Assembly (NCBI GenBank): GCA_048938385.1
Contig: JBHLMG010000019.1
Coordinates: 1 to 45,434, forward strand
DNA from: Promethearchaeota archaeon
GTDB taxonomy: Archaea > Asgardarchaeota > Hermodarchaeia > Hermodarchaeales > Hermodarchaeaceae
Reading direction: 5' to 3'
DNA length: 45,434 nucleotides
How positions within the stretch are numbered: the stretch's first letter is position 1; each line of letters begins with the position of its first letter. The position numbers and the translations under genes were made by a program. Positions 18,177 through 26,968 of the stretch are shown here, one piece after another. The notes under the pieces are model-generated. The model saw only the letters and a list, made by a program, of their open reading frames with translations, made no database searches and was not told the DNA's origin.

Positions 18177-19079
18177 CTATTGGAGGGACTGATGCATGAG
18201 GTTCTCGAGATCCTTTCGGGTTGCTTGTTGAAAGTAATTACATCCTACTTCACGGACATTTAAGGCTCCGGCTGCGTTACCCCATTGAGCTGCATTTTCA
18301 ATATTTCTATTTTGAAGGTAACTGGCAAGAAACGCCCCTGCAAAACTATCTCCGGCTCCGGTAGTGTCGACCTCATTCGTGGGATACCCTGCGATATGAC
18401 GGATGACACCTTGGTGATTAACCATGCATCCTTTAGGTCCCTGAGTGACGATGACTAATGGTACAAATTCACCCAGCTTTTGAATCGCAATATGAATATC
18501 CGTGGTTTGGGTAAGAAAAGATGCTTCCTTGGCATTGAGGAACATTATATCCAAAAGAGGTAGTTGAGGGAGGATTTCATCGCGAAGCCTCAAGGCTTGG
18601 TGAAAAATCGTTGTCATACTCAGGAGTTTTTCTTGGCCGTGAACACGCTTCAAAATTCGACGCTGTTGGTACGGTGGAAGAATCCCTAAATGTACCGCTT
18701 GGGTGTTCTTGACTAGCTGTGTGAATCGACGGAAAGATAGTCTATTCCCCACACCGAAGTGTAATCCGTAACTCTTCATAATACCGTCTTTTGTGAAATC
18801 TGCCCAGAAGTGTGATGATTTACCCCGTCGCTGTACAACGCCAGTTAAATCAATGCCTTTTGATTGTAAGATCGCAAGGAATTCGGCGGGAAAATCATCT
18901 CCGATAGATGAAACAATGGCAACGCGCGCCCCAACTGTTGCTGCTGCTAGGGCTACATGGGCTGCAGCACCACCTAGTACTGGGCGATGTGGTGTACCCT
19001 CAAAGGAAAGTTCATCTATTGCCAGTTTGCCTGCAACAACCAAATCAACGGTCACAAGTAAGCGAAGCGCCTGACTCAT
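18177..19079 (-). CDS. PfkB family carbohydrate/nucleoside kinase
   Basis: GGAAAHVA, NAKEA, VTQGPKG and the DTTGAGDSFAGAF signature. The start is uncertain (the ORF extends to 19124). Confidence 0.9.
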   Translation of the reverse strand: MSQALRLLVTVDLVVAGKLAIDELSFEGTPHRPVLGGAAAHVALAAATVGARVAIVSSIGDDFPAEFLAILQSKGIDLTGVVQRRGKSSHFWADFTKDGIMKSYGLHFGVGNRLSFRRFTQLVKNTQAVHLGILPPYQQRRILKRVHGQEKLLSMTTIFHQALRLRDEILPQLPLLDIMFLNAKEASFLTQTTDIHIAIQKLGEFVPLVIVTQGPKGCMVNHQGVIRHIAGYPTNEVDTTGAGDSFAGAFLASYLQNRNIENAAQWGNAAGALNVREVGCNYFQQATRKDLENLMHQSLQ

Positions 19080-19322
19080 TATAAGAGCTTTACCAATGCC
19101 TAATGCCGTTTTGACTTTGATCACATTAAGGATTTTTCCACTATTACATCTTACAACCTGTGTTTGTTTAAAGGATTAAAATGAGAGACTGGGCAATCTT
19201 TAATTAATATCTAAATTGCCTTTTGTTAATTTATTCTAATTTTCAATTTAGTTTTTGTAATGTAATAAAATTGAAAGGCATGGCGTGTCGGAAAACGAAT
19301 CAGCATATCCAATTCAATTATA

Positions 19323-19357
19323 TACTTAAATATTTGAATGCTTCAATGCGTTGAATG
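19323..19357 (+). promoter_or_regulatory. Putative TATA box overlapped by ArsR-type inverted repeats upstream of acr3
   Basis: TACTTAAATATTTGAATG followed by the TTCAA-tgcg-TTGAA palindrome. The first 18-mer matches the box upstream of arsR at 13/18 positions. Confidence 0.5.
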
Positions 19358-19372
19358 CATCGGGGTTAAAAG

Positions 19373-20434
19373 ATGACTCACGAACACGAATCAGACTCAG
19401 CCAATGCAGATGAAGAAGAATCCGTCCAGATGGGGCTCTTCGAAAAGTATCTTACTCTCTGGATTCTCTCCTTCATAGCCCTTGGACTACTATTAGGATG
19501 GCTTTTCCCTGCCTTCGCTTTGACACTTGCAGGACTCCAGTTTGCAGGATTCTCCATCCCTATCGCCGTTTGCCTTTTCTTCATGATGTTTCCCACTCTC
19601 ATCAACATCGAATACGGAGAAATCAAGAACGCCATTCGATACCCTAAACCACTCGTAATCACCCTCATCGCGAATTGGACTATTAACCCCCTCCTCGGTT
19701 TTTTCTTAGCTAGCACCATCCTTGCTGCAAATCCCGGGTATGCCATTGGCGTCATTCTTCTTGCGGTGTCACCCTGCACTGCGATGGTTCTGTTTTGGAA
19801 TAAGTTTGCTAAAGGCAACATAAACCTCGGATTAGTTATCACCTCAATAAACTCCATTTTGATTCTTCTTCTTTATGCCCCACTTGCTTCCTTCTTCATC
19901 GGCTTCTATGTCACCGTCCCTTTCATCACCCTCCTTTTCGGAACCATGTTTTTCCTCGTTCTTCCCCTCGTCACTGGCATCATTGTCAAACGCCATGTGT
20001 ACAACACCAAAGGCCAGAACTGGTACCTCAGTAATTTCAAACCAATCTTAGACAAAATCGCCATCGTCGCGCTGCTCATTACCCTTATAGTCCTCTTCTC
20101 CTTTCAAGGTCAAGTTATACTAACCCAACTTCTCGATGTTCTCTGGATCAGCAGCGTTCTTCTCCTCAATTATGCGATCATGTTTACCTCCATGTTCCTC
20201 ATCTGTTACAAACTCAACTTCACCTACAAACAAACTGTCACGACCACCATTATCGCAAGTAGCTCCCATTTTGAAATCGCTATCGCTACCGCCATTCTCC
20301 TTTTCGGACTTGGATCTGCAGCCGCATTCGCTACCGTGATTGGCGTCTTATGGGAAGTTCCTTTAATGGTCGCCTTCATCAAACTCGCCCTTCGCCTTAA
20401 ACCAAGACTCTGGTCTAACGCTACCACAAAATAA
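19373..20434 (+). CDS. acr3: Acr3 family arsenite efflux transporter
   Basis: FEKYLTLWI, SIPIAVCLFFMMFP, ANW.I.P, SPCTAMV..W, S.HFEIAIA.A, G.L.EVP.M. Confidence 0.93.
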   Translation: MTHEHESDSANADEEESVQMGLFEKYLTLWILSFIALGLLLGWLFPAFALTLAGLQFAGFSIPIAVCLFFMMFPTLINIEYGEIKNAIRYPKPLVITLIANWTINPLLGFFLASTILAANPGYAIGVILLAVSPCTAMVLFWNKFAKGNINLGLVITSINSILILLLYAPLASFFIGFYVTVPFITLLFGTMFFLVLPLVTGIIVKRHVYNTKGQNWYLSNFKPILDKIAIVALLITLIVLFSFQGQVILTQLLDVLWISSVLLLNYAIMFTSMFLICYKLNFTYKQTVTTTIIASSSHFEIAIATAILLFGLGSAAAFATVIGVLWEVPLMVAFIKLALRLKPRLWSNATTK

Positions 20435-20511
20435 TCGACCTAGTAGAACCTGGGTTTTGAATATCCAGAAGTGTTCTAAAAAATCCAGTTTGTGCTGAAC
20501 GATGACAGTTC

Positions 20512-20877
20512 TTAAAACAAGAGTTCTTGAATCTGAGTCACTAATTTCTTGACAATTTCAGGATTTGCTTTATAGTGATTAAACCGCCCTTTTCTTCGTC
20601 GCAGTAATAACCCGGTTCGTGCCAATATATTCAAATGATGTGAAATCGCGGGCTGACTCAACTCACTCACACCTACGAGTTTACAAACACAGACCTCTTC
20701 TGTTCCAATCGCGGCTAGGAGAATCAATCGTTGTGAATGTGCCAACGCTTTGGCCACAGCAACAACCTCGTTAATTTGCTTCTCACCCAGGTCAGACTTC
20801 AAGTCCTTCAACCGCTGAAGAAGCCGTTCTCTATCTTCGCCTGATTCCTCATCACAGTACTCCGACATACTTTTCAC
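20512..20877 (-). CDS. arsR: ArsR/SmtB family transcriptional regulator
   Basis: KALAH..RL.LL, E.CVC.L, SQPAISHHL..L...GL....R.G....Y; convergent with acr3. Confidence 0.88.
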   Translation of the reverse strand: MKSMSEYCDEESGEDRERLLQRLKDLKSDLGEKQINEVVAVAKALAHSQRLILLAAIGTEEVCVCKLVGVSELSQPAISHHLNILARTGLLLRRRKGRFNHYKANPEIVKKLVTQIQELLF

Positions 20878-20907
20878 ACTTCACTTTTATCTTGCAATTC
20901 TGCAACA

Positions 20908-20925
20908 CATCAACATATTTAAATG
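20908..20925 (-). promoter_or_regulatory. Putative ArsR autoregulatory operator/TATA box
   Basis: Imperfect palindrome CATTTAAATATGTTGATG (minus strand) about 30-50 nt upstream of the arsR start. Confidence 0.5.
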
Positions 20926-21189
20926 CGTCTAATTAATTTGGCAAAACAGGAATTGCTACAATAATGAATACTGGCTAATGTTCTTTAACCGTCGTTTTTG
21001 CAATCCTATTCGTTTTTAGATTCTTGTAACTGGCGATCTCAGGTTGATCGGCGTTATTGGTCAGTTTCTTTCCATAACCTGCCCCTAAATTATTGGGGGC
21101 TTCTCAGGTACGGAATTAATGGGTTGTAGTGGGAAGTAGAGGATTTTTATTAGAGCGGCATTCTTAGCTCACTATCATTGAGAAAATCA

Positions 21190-21210
21190 GAGATAACAGG
21201 GTGTTATCTC
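21190..21210. promoter_or_regulatory. Perfect inverted repeat (operator or 5'-leader hairpin) upstream of the GNAT-OB gene
   Basis: GAGATAACA-GGG-TGTTATCTC, 9-bp perfect arms. Confidence 0.45.
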
Positions 21211-21217
21211 GAAAGTC

Positions 21218-22048
21218 TTGGTGCTTATAATGAATCAACCTAATGATGTTTCTCTACAGAAGGCTGGGGTTGAAGATGTTGAAATCCTTACAGAAACATG
21301 TAGAAGGGCATTTGATTCAGACTTGGAGTTTGGTGCTCCTGGTCCTGGGGGCCCGCCAGGATATGACTCTATTGAATGGAACACCAAGATAATTCAGAAT
21401 CAGTGGCTGCAATATCATAAGATTCTGTTTGGTTCCGAAATCGTTGGAGGATTCATTGTTGGGAATAGATGTCCAGGGTATCAAGTCTGTGAGAGAATCT
21501 GGGTCGACCCTGAGTATATGAGAAAGGGCATTGCAACTAAGGCCTTCGAACTTATCTGGGAAAAATACCCGTCCGCAGATCTTTGGGTTCTAGGAACCCC
21601 TGAGTGGAATGTAAGAACGAATCCCTTCTATAAGAGTCTTGGATTTGTTCAGATTGGTAGAACCTATGACAATCCAACTTGGAACGGCATCTACTATGAA
21701 AAAAGAATTTCAACTAAATTTCCACGATCCATGTCAAAGATTACAGATATTCAGAACGGTCAGCAGAGGGTTCTGGTTGAGGGAAGAGTGGATCATATCT
21801 CAAGTCCACGCACAGTAATTTCTAAGAAGACTGGTGAGGAACTCAAGGTAGCCAATGCAGAACTTTCGGATGACACTGGTTCAATCAAACTTGTACTCTG
21901 GAATGAGCAGATTAGGCAAGTAAAAGAGAACACATCTATTCGAATCGAGGAAGGGTATGTTAAAGAATTCAGAGATGAACTCCAGCTAAGTGTCGGTCAA
22001 TGGGGAATGATAATTACCCTAATACATTCATATTATGAAAGGGATTGA
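21218..22048 (+). CDS. GNAT N-acetyltransferase fused to a C-terminal SSB/RPA-type OB fold
   Basis: N-terminal half has VDPEYMRKGIAT (acetyl-CoA motif A) and N.FYKSLGF. C-terminal half has KITDI.....V.VEGRV......R.V....G....VANAELSDDTGSIKLVLWNEQ......IRIE.GYVKEF....QLSVG..G.I, the archaeal SSB/RPA OB signature. The start may be ATG 21230. Confidence 0.88.
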   Translation: MVLIMNQPNDVSLQKAGVEDVEILTETCRRAFDSDLEFGAPGPGGPPGYDSIEWNTKIIQNQWLQYHKILFGSEIVGGFIVGNRCPGYQVCERIWVDPEYMRKGIATKAFELIWEKYPSADLWVLGTPEWNVRTNPFYKSLGFVQIGRTYDNPTWNGIYYEKRISTKFPRSMSKITDIQNGQQRVLVEGRVDHISSPRTVISKKTGEELKVANAELSDDTGSIKLVLWNEQIRQVKENTSIRIEEGYVKEFRDELQLSVGQWGMIITLIHSYYERD

Positions 22049-22073
22049 CAGGTGCTCCTGTCGCTTGTTTCTT
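22047..22073 (+). terminator. Putative terminator hairpin after the GNAT-OB gene
   Basis: GACAGG-TGCT-CCTGTC followed by the T-rich GCTTGTTTCTT. Confidence 0.4.
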
Positions 22074-22079
22074 AATTGT

Positions 22080-22123
22080 TAGTTTTTCAGGAATTGTTAC
22101 TCAACTCAGTCAATCTTAAATTT
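22080..22123 (+). repeat. Promoter-region direct repeat, copy 1
   Basis: AGTCAATCTTAAATTT (22108-22123) is identical to 22919-22934, and the upstream TTTTCA.G.ATTGTT.CT also aligns. Confidence 0.6.
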
Positions 22124-22168
22124 CTCGTTGAAGTAGTAAAGTGAAATAAAAGAATTGGAGGATTTCCT

Positions 22169-22849
22169 TTGAATATTGCATTTCTATTATCTGGTTTTCT
22201 TTTTCTGTTTATTTTTATTTTACAAATTGCTATGGCAGCATATGGTTATGTCTTAGAACCAAGGTCGAAACATTATGACTCGGACGCTATGCTTGAAAAA
22301 ATTAACAAAGAGCCAAAGAAATTTCAAATAGGCATTATTTTAGCGATTATAGAACATGGTTGTGTTATTGCACTTTCGATAATGTTGTTTATTGTTTTTG
22401 GCCCTTATTACTTAATACTTGGATTTATTTTGCTTATCTTTCGAATAGGGGAAGGATCCATCCAAGTCTATATTGAGAAGGACTACTTGAGACTTTTCGA
22501 CATAGCAAGGCAATATTCAGGTGCTAGTGGTTCTGCAAAAAATTCGTTGTTCGATTCATATCGTACTCTTCTCCAGAAAAAAAGTTTAAGATTCGCATTG
22601 GCCATGATCTGTTGGTCCATTGGTACGCTCGCTTTTTCCATCATTATTGTTACCTCTGTAGTAGTTCCACTAATTATCGGATGGGTTGGAATTTTCGCGA
22701 GCATTATAGTCTGCATGAGTAATGCGATGAAACTTGTAAAATCTAATTCTAAGGCCTATGAAGTCTTATCATCCATCGGCGGGTTATCAGCGATTCTATT
22801 TGAGGTAATCATCGGAGGATGGCTAATTTTTTACTCACTCCTCATCTAA
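22169..22849 (+). CDS. DUF4386-like integral membrane protein
   Basis: Five to six TM helices, FRIGEG motif, C-terminal FEVIIGGWLI; TTG start with a GGAGG RBS. Confidence 0.72.
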   Translation: MNIAFLLSGFLFLFIFILQIAMAAYGYVLEPRSKHYDSDAMLEKINKEPKKFQIGIILAIIEHGCVIALSIMLFIVFGPYYLILGFILLIFRIGEGSIQVYIEKDYLRLFDIARQYSGASGSAKNSLFDSYRTLLQKKSLRFALAMICWSIGTLAFSIIIVTSVVVPLIIGWVGIFASIIVCMSNAMKLVKSNSKAYEVLSSIGGLSAILFEVIIGGWLIFYSLLI

Positions 22850-22891
22850 TAGCGAACACTCCACTACTCTACTATGACCTTTTATTCCCTA

Positions 22892-22934
22892 ATTGTTTTC
22901 ATGATTGTTGCTTGTCTTAGTCAATCTTAAATTT
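22892..22934 (+). repeat. Promoter-region direct repeat, copy 2
   Basis: See copy 1; 16-bp identical core AGTCAATCTTAAATTT. Confidence 0.6.
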
Positions 22935-22983
22935 ACGAATTCCCTTCAAGTCCTTGAGATGCTTCTTGTAGAGGTGAAGACTA

Positions 22984-23613
22984 ATGTCCTTTGGTGATTG
23001 GTTCATTCCTGAAGGTAAGCTCCAAAAGAATCTCATTGACCTAATTCCCGGTGAAGACACGATTATTTACACATCAGCAGCAAATGTGCAATTGAAAGAT
23101 GATGTGCTTGGTAACATCTTGAAGGTGGGTGAGCTAGCGATCACCAATCGTGGAATTGCCTTTTTTGCAAAACGCAAGGGACTAAAAGGAGGAGTTCTCG
23201 CATTTCGTGGAGGTCCAATTAAGGAGTACATAGGCTACGATCGGATTGCCCGGATTGAGGGCAAAGGTGACCATTTGATTCTACATGTTACTCCAGATAT
23301 CGACGCTCCGGAGGAGCAAGAGCAATGGTACGAATTGACGGTTATCCAATCTGAACCTCACGAGGGAAAGGAAACTTTCGTAAGGCGCCGCAAAAGCTTC
23401 AGCGCCGTGGTGGAACAAGCCATGTACCGTTATAGGAGTGGTCAAGCAAAACCGGAAATTCGTCGAAAAGTAAGGCATCCCGCAAAGAAGTTTTCTATGA
23501 CTCTGAAGAAAGGACAAATTCGAAGGGTGCAATATTGTCCAAAGTGTGGCGCCTTCTTAGAGGATCCTGCCACTTTCTGTGAAAGTTGTGGCGAGCCGCT
23601 TCGACAGAAGTAG
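22984..23613 (+). CDS. PH-like domain protein with a C-terminal zinc ribbon
   Basis: GELAITNRGIAF...I.YDRI..IE.....L.L pattern typical of PH/GRAM-like folds; C-terminal YCPKCG........FCESCG; GAGGTGA RBS. Confidence 0.75.
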   Translation: MSFGDWFIPEGKLQKNLIDLIPGEDTIIYTSAANVQLKDDVLGNILKVGELAITNRGIAFFAKRKGLKGGVLAFRGGPIKEYIGYDRIARIEGKGDHLILHVTPDIDAPEEQEQWYELTVIQSEPHEGKETFVRRRKSFSAVVEQAMYRYRSGQAKPEIRRKVRHPAKKFSMTLKKGQIRRVQYCPKCGAFLEDPATFCESCGEPLRQK

Positions 23614-23620
23614 GTGATTT

Positions 23621-24163
23621 TTAGGTTACACGTCCGCGCACACGATCGACAGCATATCGTGCGATTCGTTCGAAGATTTGTTCAATGTTAGTTCCGTCTT
23701 TGGCGCTTGTTTCTAAAAATTCTGCACCCAGTTGTCGCCCCATTCCTTGACCTTCGTTCGTATCAACTACGCGTTGGTCCTTCAAATCAATTTTATTTCC
23801 AATAACAATTTTTAGAGCTTGGTCAGCATGTTTGTCGACCTGTCGAGACCAGGTTGGTAGATTTTCAAAACTTTCACGGTTCGTAATATCATACACCATT
23901 AAAGCACCAATGGCACCAATGAAATACCGTTCAACGAGGTTTCGGAACCGTTCTTGACCAGCTGTGTCATATACGAGAAGCGCGATTCGTCTTCCATCAA
24001 TGGTTACAATTTTCCGGAAAATATCAGTACCTATCGTTGCTTTGTAGGATGATTCGAATTTTCCAGTAACATACACTCCAGCAATAGTCGTTTTTCCAAC
24101 AGCAGGGTCACCGATTGCGATGACCTTTAACGCAACATCTGCGTCTTCAGTAGCACTTCTCAT
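23621..24163 (-). CDS. Rab-like small GTPase (intact motifs)
   Basis: GDPAVGKT, YKATIG, DTAGQERF, GNKID, ETSAK; no C-terminal Cys prenylation motif. Confidence 0.93.
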   Translation of the reverse strand: MRSATEDADVALKVIAIGDPAVGKTTIAGVYVTGKFESSYKATIGTDIFRKIVTIDGRRIALLVYDTAGQERFRNLVERYFIGAIGALMVYDITNRESFENLPTWSRQVDKHADQALKIVIGNKIDLKDQRVVDTNEGQGMGRQLGAEFLETSAKDGTNIEQIFERIARYAVDRVRGRVT

Positions 24164-24256
24164 AGTTTTTTCCCCACCGGCAGAGAATTCCAGTTTTGCC
24201 TAGGTTTTTAAGCTTTAATAATTTTTCACACCCTAAATAAAACTAAAGTTTTGTTG

Positions 24257-24802
24257 TTAGAGGTCAAGGCGATAAAGGTTGACTCCATCTGCCCCATGGA
24301 TGAAGTTGAACCTCAGTCGTTGGACAATTCGCAGCATAGGAGTATTAGAAATATTGACGAGCGCGAATAAGCGGTAAAGCCCTTCTGATTTGGCAATTTT
24401 CACTAACTGTGTCATCATTTGAGTGCCAAGGGTTTTATTTTGAAAATCATCCCGAACTAGTATCGAGACTTCGGCACTTCCCGAATTTTGCTCAAAGAAG
24501 TACCAACAATCGCCAATAACTTCAATATGGTTCTTTGAAGTTTGATGCTCAGCTACCAAGCACAGGTTTCTTGTGTCAATGCAGCCTTTAACAGAACGGA
24601 GCCATTCTCGGGCATCTGTCCATCCGAAGCGTTTCTGCAAAGATTCTTGACTACTCCGCCGGTAAAGGTCTTCGAGTTGGTCGTATTGATCGAAGTTGAG
24701 TGGACGAATTTGAACGAAGCAACCATCGCTGAGCGTTGCACTACATTCGAATTCCGGGGGATAGAGTCCACCCATTATAACATCCTCACGAAAATTTTCC
24801 AA
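24257..24802 (-). CDS. GNAT family N-acetyltransferase
   Basis: L.DG..V.IRP, S.ESL..RF, AEVSILVRDDFQNKTLGT, N.PML; resembles the stand-alone GNAT domain of Pat-type acetyltransferases. Confidence 0.82.
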   Translation of the reverse strand: MENFREDVIMGGLYPPEFECSATLSDGCFVQIRPLNFDQYDQLEDLYRRSSQESLQKRFGWTDAREWLRSVKGCIDTRNLCLVAEHQTSKNHIEVIGDCWYFFEQNSGSAEVSILVRDDFQNKTLGTQMMTQLVKIAKSEGLYRLFALVNISNTPMLRIVQRLRFNFIHGADGVNLYRLDL

Positions 24803-24939
24803 GTAGTATTATGAGTTGGGCGTTATAAAGAATACAGTTTCGATTATGTTAATAATATCTTATACCCACTTGTAGATGTTGGTTTTTAGGAACCCAAAAA
24901 ATTACTTTGAGTAAACTAAAACAGATAAGGAAACAGGTG

Positions 24940-25491
24940 ATGATTTTGGATGTAAAAGAAGCTATTACTACCCGGCGTGCCTACCGTGCTTTAGCGCCTT
25001 TCAAGATTGATGATGCTCTTATTTGGGATTTAGCTGAAAGTATCCAATTAACACCTTCATGCTTTAACAATCAGCCTTGGAGGTTCATATTTATCCGTTC
25101 ACCTTCTTTGTTAAAGAAGTTACATACGACTCTTTCTCCCAACAACCGTTGGGTCCATGCGTCTTCGCTTATTGCAGTCGTCTATTCGAAGAAAGACCTT
25201 GATTGTCTAATAAAGGAACGAGAATATTTCCTCTTTGACACAGGTATGGCCACTGCGTTTCTCATTCTACGCGCTACCGAATTGGGATTTGTGGCACACC
25301 CTATTGCTGGATATGATGAGGAGAAGGTGAAGAATATTCTTAACCTACCCGAAGAGGTTATCGTCATTACCCTTGTAATAATCGGAAAACACGCGGATAC
25401 GATAAGCGAGCTGTTAACAGAAAAACAGGCTGAAACAGAATATAAACGACCAAATAGAAAACCGGTTGATGAATTTATTTTGGTCCGTTAG
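24940..25491 (+). CDS. Nitroreductase family protein
   Basis: I..RRAYR, TPSCFNNQPWRF, DTGMA...L.L.ATELG...HPIAG. Alternative start at 24907. Confidence 0.9.
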   Translation: MILDVKEAITTRRAYRALAPFKIDDALIWDLAESIQLTPSCFNNQPWRFIFIRSPSLLKKLHTTLSPNNRWVHASSLIAVVYSKKDLDCLIKEREYFLFDTGMATAFLILRATELGFVAHPIAGYDEEKVKNILNLPEEVIVITLVIIGKHADTISELLTEKQAETEYKRPNRKPVDEFILVR

Positions 25492-26965
25492 GATATTTTA
25501 TGAGTTGATGAAAGGGAATTCGGTTTTGGGAGGTGAGCTGCTTAAGAAGTGCAGCTCCGTCTAGAAGCTCATAAGGGGCGATAACTCCTCCTTCAAATAG
25601 CACATTTTTAATTGAACGGTCAAACCCTGTTGTTGAACCAGAAGCTTGCAACATTTTGGTATTTGATGTCGTTGAAGTTTTTGAGGGGTTATGTAGTAAT
25701 GTGAAGGCTAGTAGCACAGTGGGCCACCCCGTGAGGTGTTGCATTGCTGTGAAGCCTTCGATGCTTCCTACAGGTATCTCGTCATGTAGTACAATAAGTT
25801 CAACTAGGTGTGGATCACTAGTTTGAGTTGCTTGAGCCCAAACTCGTAATAGAACCATATCAGGATAACCAGAAAGAGAAGCATCATTGATTTTATCATT
25901 CCAGACTTTGAGCATAGGTTCAAGTAGCCCCTCTGCCTTCAAGGAATTCCATGTTTGATAATGAGGGGAGAAACGCAGTGTCTTGTACTCAAGGTTCTGA
26001 ACTCCTTTCTGAAATTTGGGGTTAAAACACATTCGTGAAGTACCATCAGCGGTTGGTCTAGCTTGCAAGCCTTGTAGAAAAAACCCCTCCTCGCTTATAT
26101 TTCGATGCTTTGGGTGAATCCGGGTTTCGAGAATCCGGACAAGGCTTGCTGATTTAACGATGAACGGTTTGACCCCCAAATGTATCGGTGAGATCTCTGA
26201 TTCTTCCCAGTATTGAGGATCAGTGAAGGTTGAAGTGGTGACTAATTTTCCATTTACGAGTCCGATGGCTTGTCCTTCGTATTCATATAGGAGACCTTCA
26301 GGAGAAAAAGTCGGTCCATAATGCAGGGGTCCACCCTTGCTAGTGTGTTGAGGTAAACCACCAACTCGCATCTGTACTGAAAAAACAGTTTCAAGATCTG
26401 ATTCGACTAGTGCGTTTTTATACATACTAACAGCCAAGATGTTTGCAAAGCCTGGAGCCAACCCACTTTCTTGTACAATCCGAACCCCTTCTTGATTTTT
26501 CTTTATTTCTTCATCTGTTTGTTTAAGATGAGAAATTGATGGGAGTTGTTGTCCTAAATCGATGTAATCGCATTGAACGGCACGGGCCAAAGTAATATAC
26601 AATTGCTGCGCATGAAAGGTTGCAGCGTTGAGGAGTAAGACCGGAGAAAGTTGTTTTAAGGCGTTTAATAGAATCTTGTAAGTTTGTTGAAGCGCCTTCT
26701 GATTATCTTCTATTTGAAAGATTATCTTCTGTAGGAGGATTTGATCCTCATCGGGAATGTACTCTCTCAGCGAGTGAATTGCACCTAATTGGAGGTATTG
26801 TGTGTCTTCTTGGCATCGCGTCTCAGCTTGTTGGTATGGGTCATAAATCCATAATGAAACTGAGAGATTTTGCCGGCGTTGCTCTTGCAGTAGCATTCGA
26901 GCTATACCATGACCCATCCGGCCACAACCAATCAAAAGCACTGGAATCTTAGGCATCCATTTCAC
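25475..26965 (-). CDS. Saccharopine dehydrogenase / lysine 6-dehydrogenase-like oxidoreductase
   Basis: LIGCGRMG Rossmann motif, YIDLG, GLAPG..N, VGGLPQ, FSPEGL..EY, T.DG, LEYKTLR, TAMQ..TG.P. Confidence 0.8.
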   Translation of the reverse strand: MKWMPKIPVLLIGCGRMGHGIARMLLQEQRRQNLSVSLWIYDPYQQAETRCQEDTQYLQLGAIHSLREYIPDEDQILLQKIIFQIEDNQKALQQTYKILLNALKQLSPVLLLNAATFHAQQLYITLARAVQCDYIDLGQQLPSISHLKQTDEEIKKNQEGVRIVQESGLAPGFANILAVSMYKNALVESDLETVFSVQMRVGGLPQHTSKGGPLHYGPTFSPEGLLYEYEGQAIGLVNGKLVTTSTFTDPQYWEESEISPIHLGVKPFIVKSASLVRILETRIHPKHRNISEEGFFLQGLQARPTADGTSRMCFNPKFQKGVQNLEYKTLRFSPHYQTWNSLKAEGLLEPMLKVWNDKINDASLSGYPDMVLLRVWAQATQTSDPHLVELIVLHDEIPVGSIEGFTAMQHLTGWPTVLLAFTLLHNPSKTSTTSNTKMLQASGSTTGFDRSIKNVLFEGGVIAPYELLDGAALLKQLTSQNRIPFHQLIKYPNGPK

Positions 26966-26968
26966 AGC

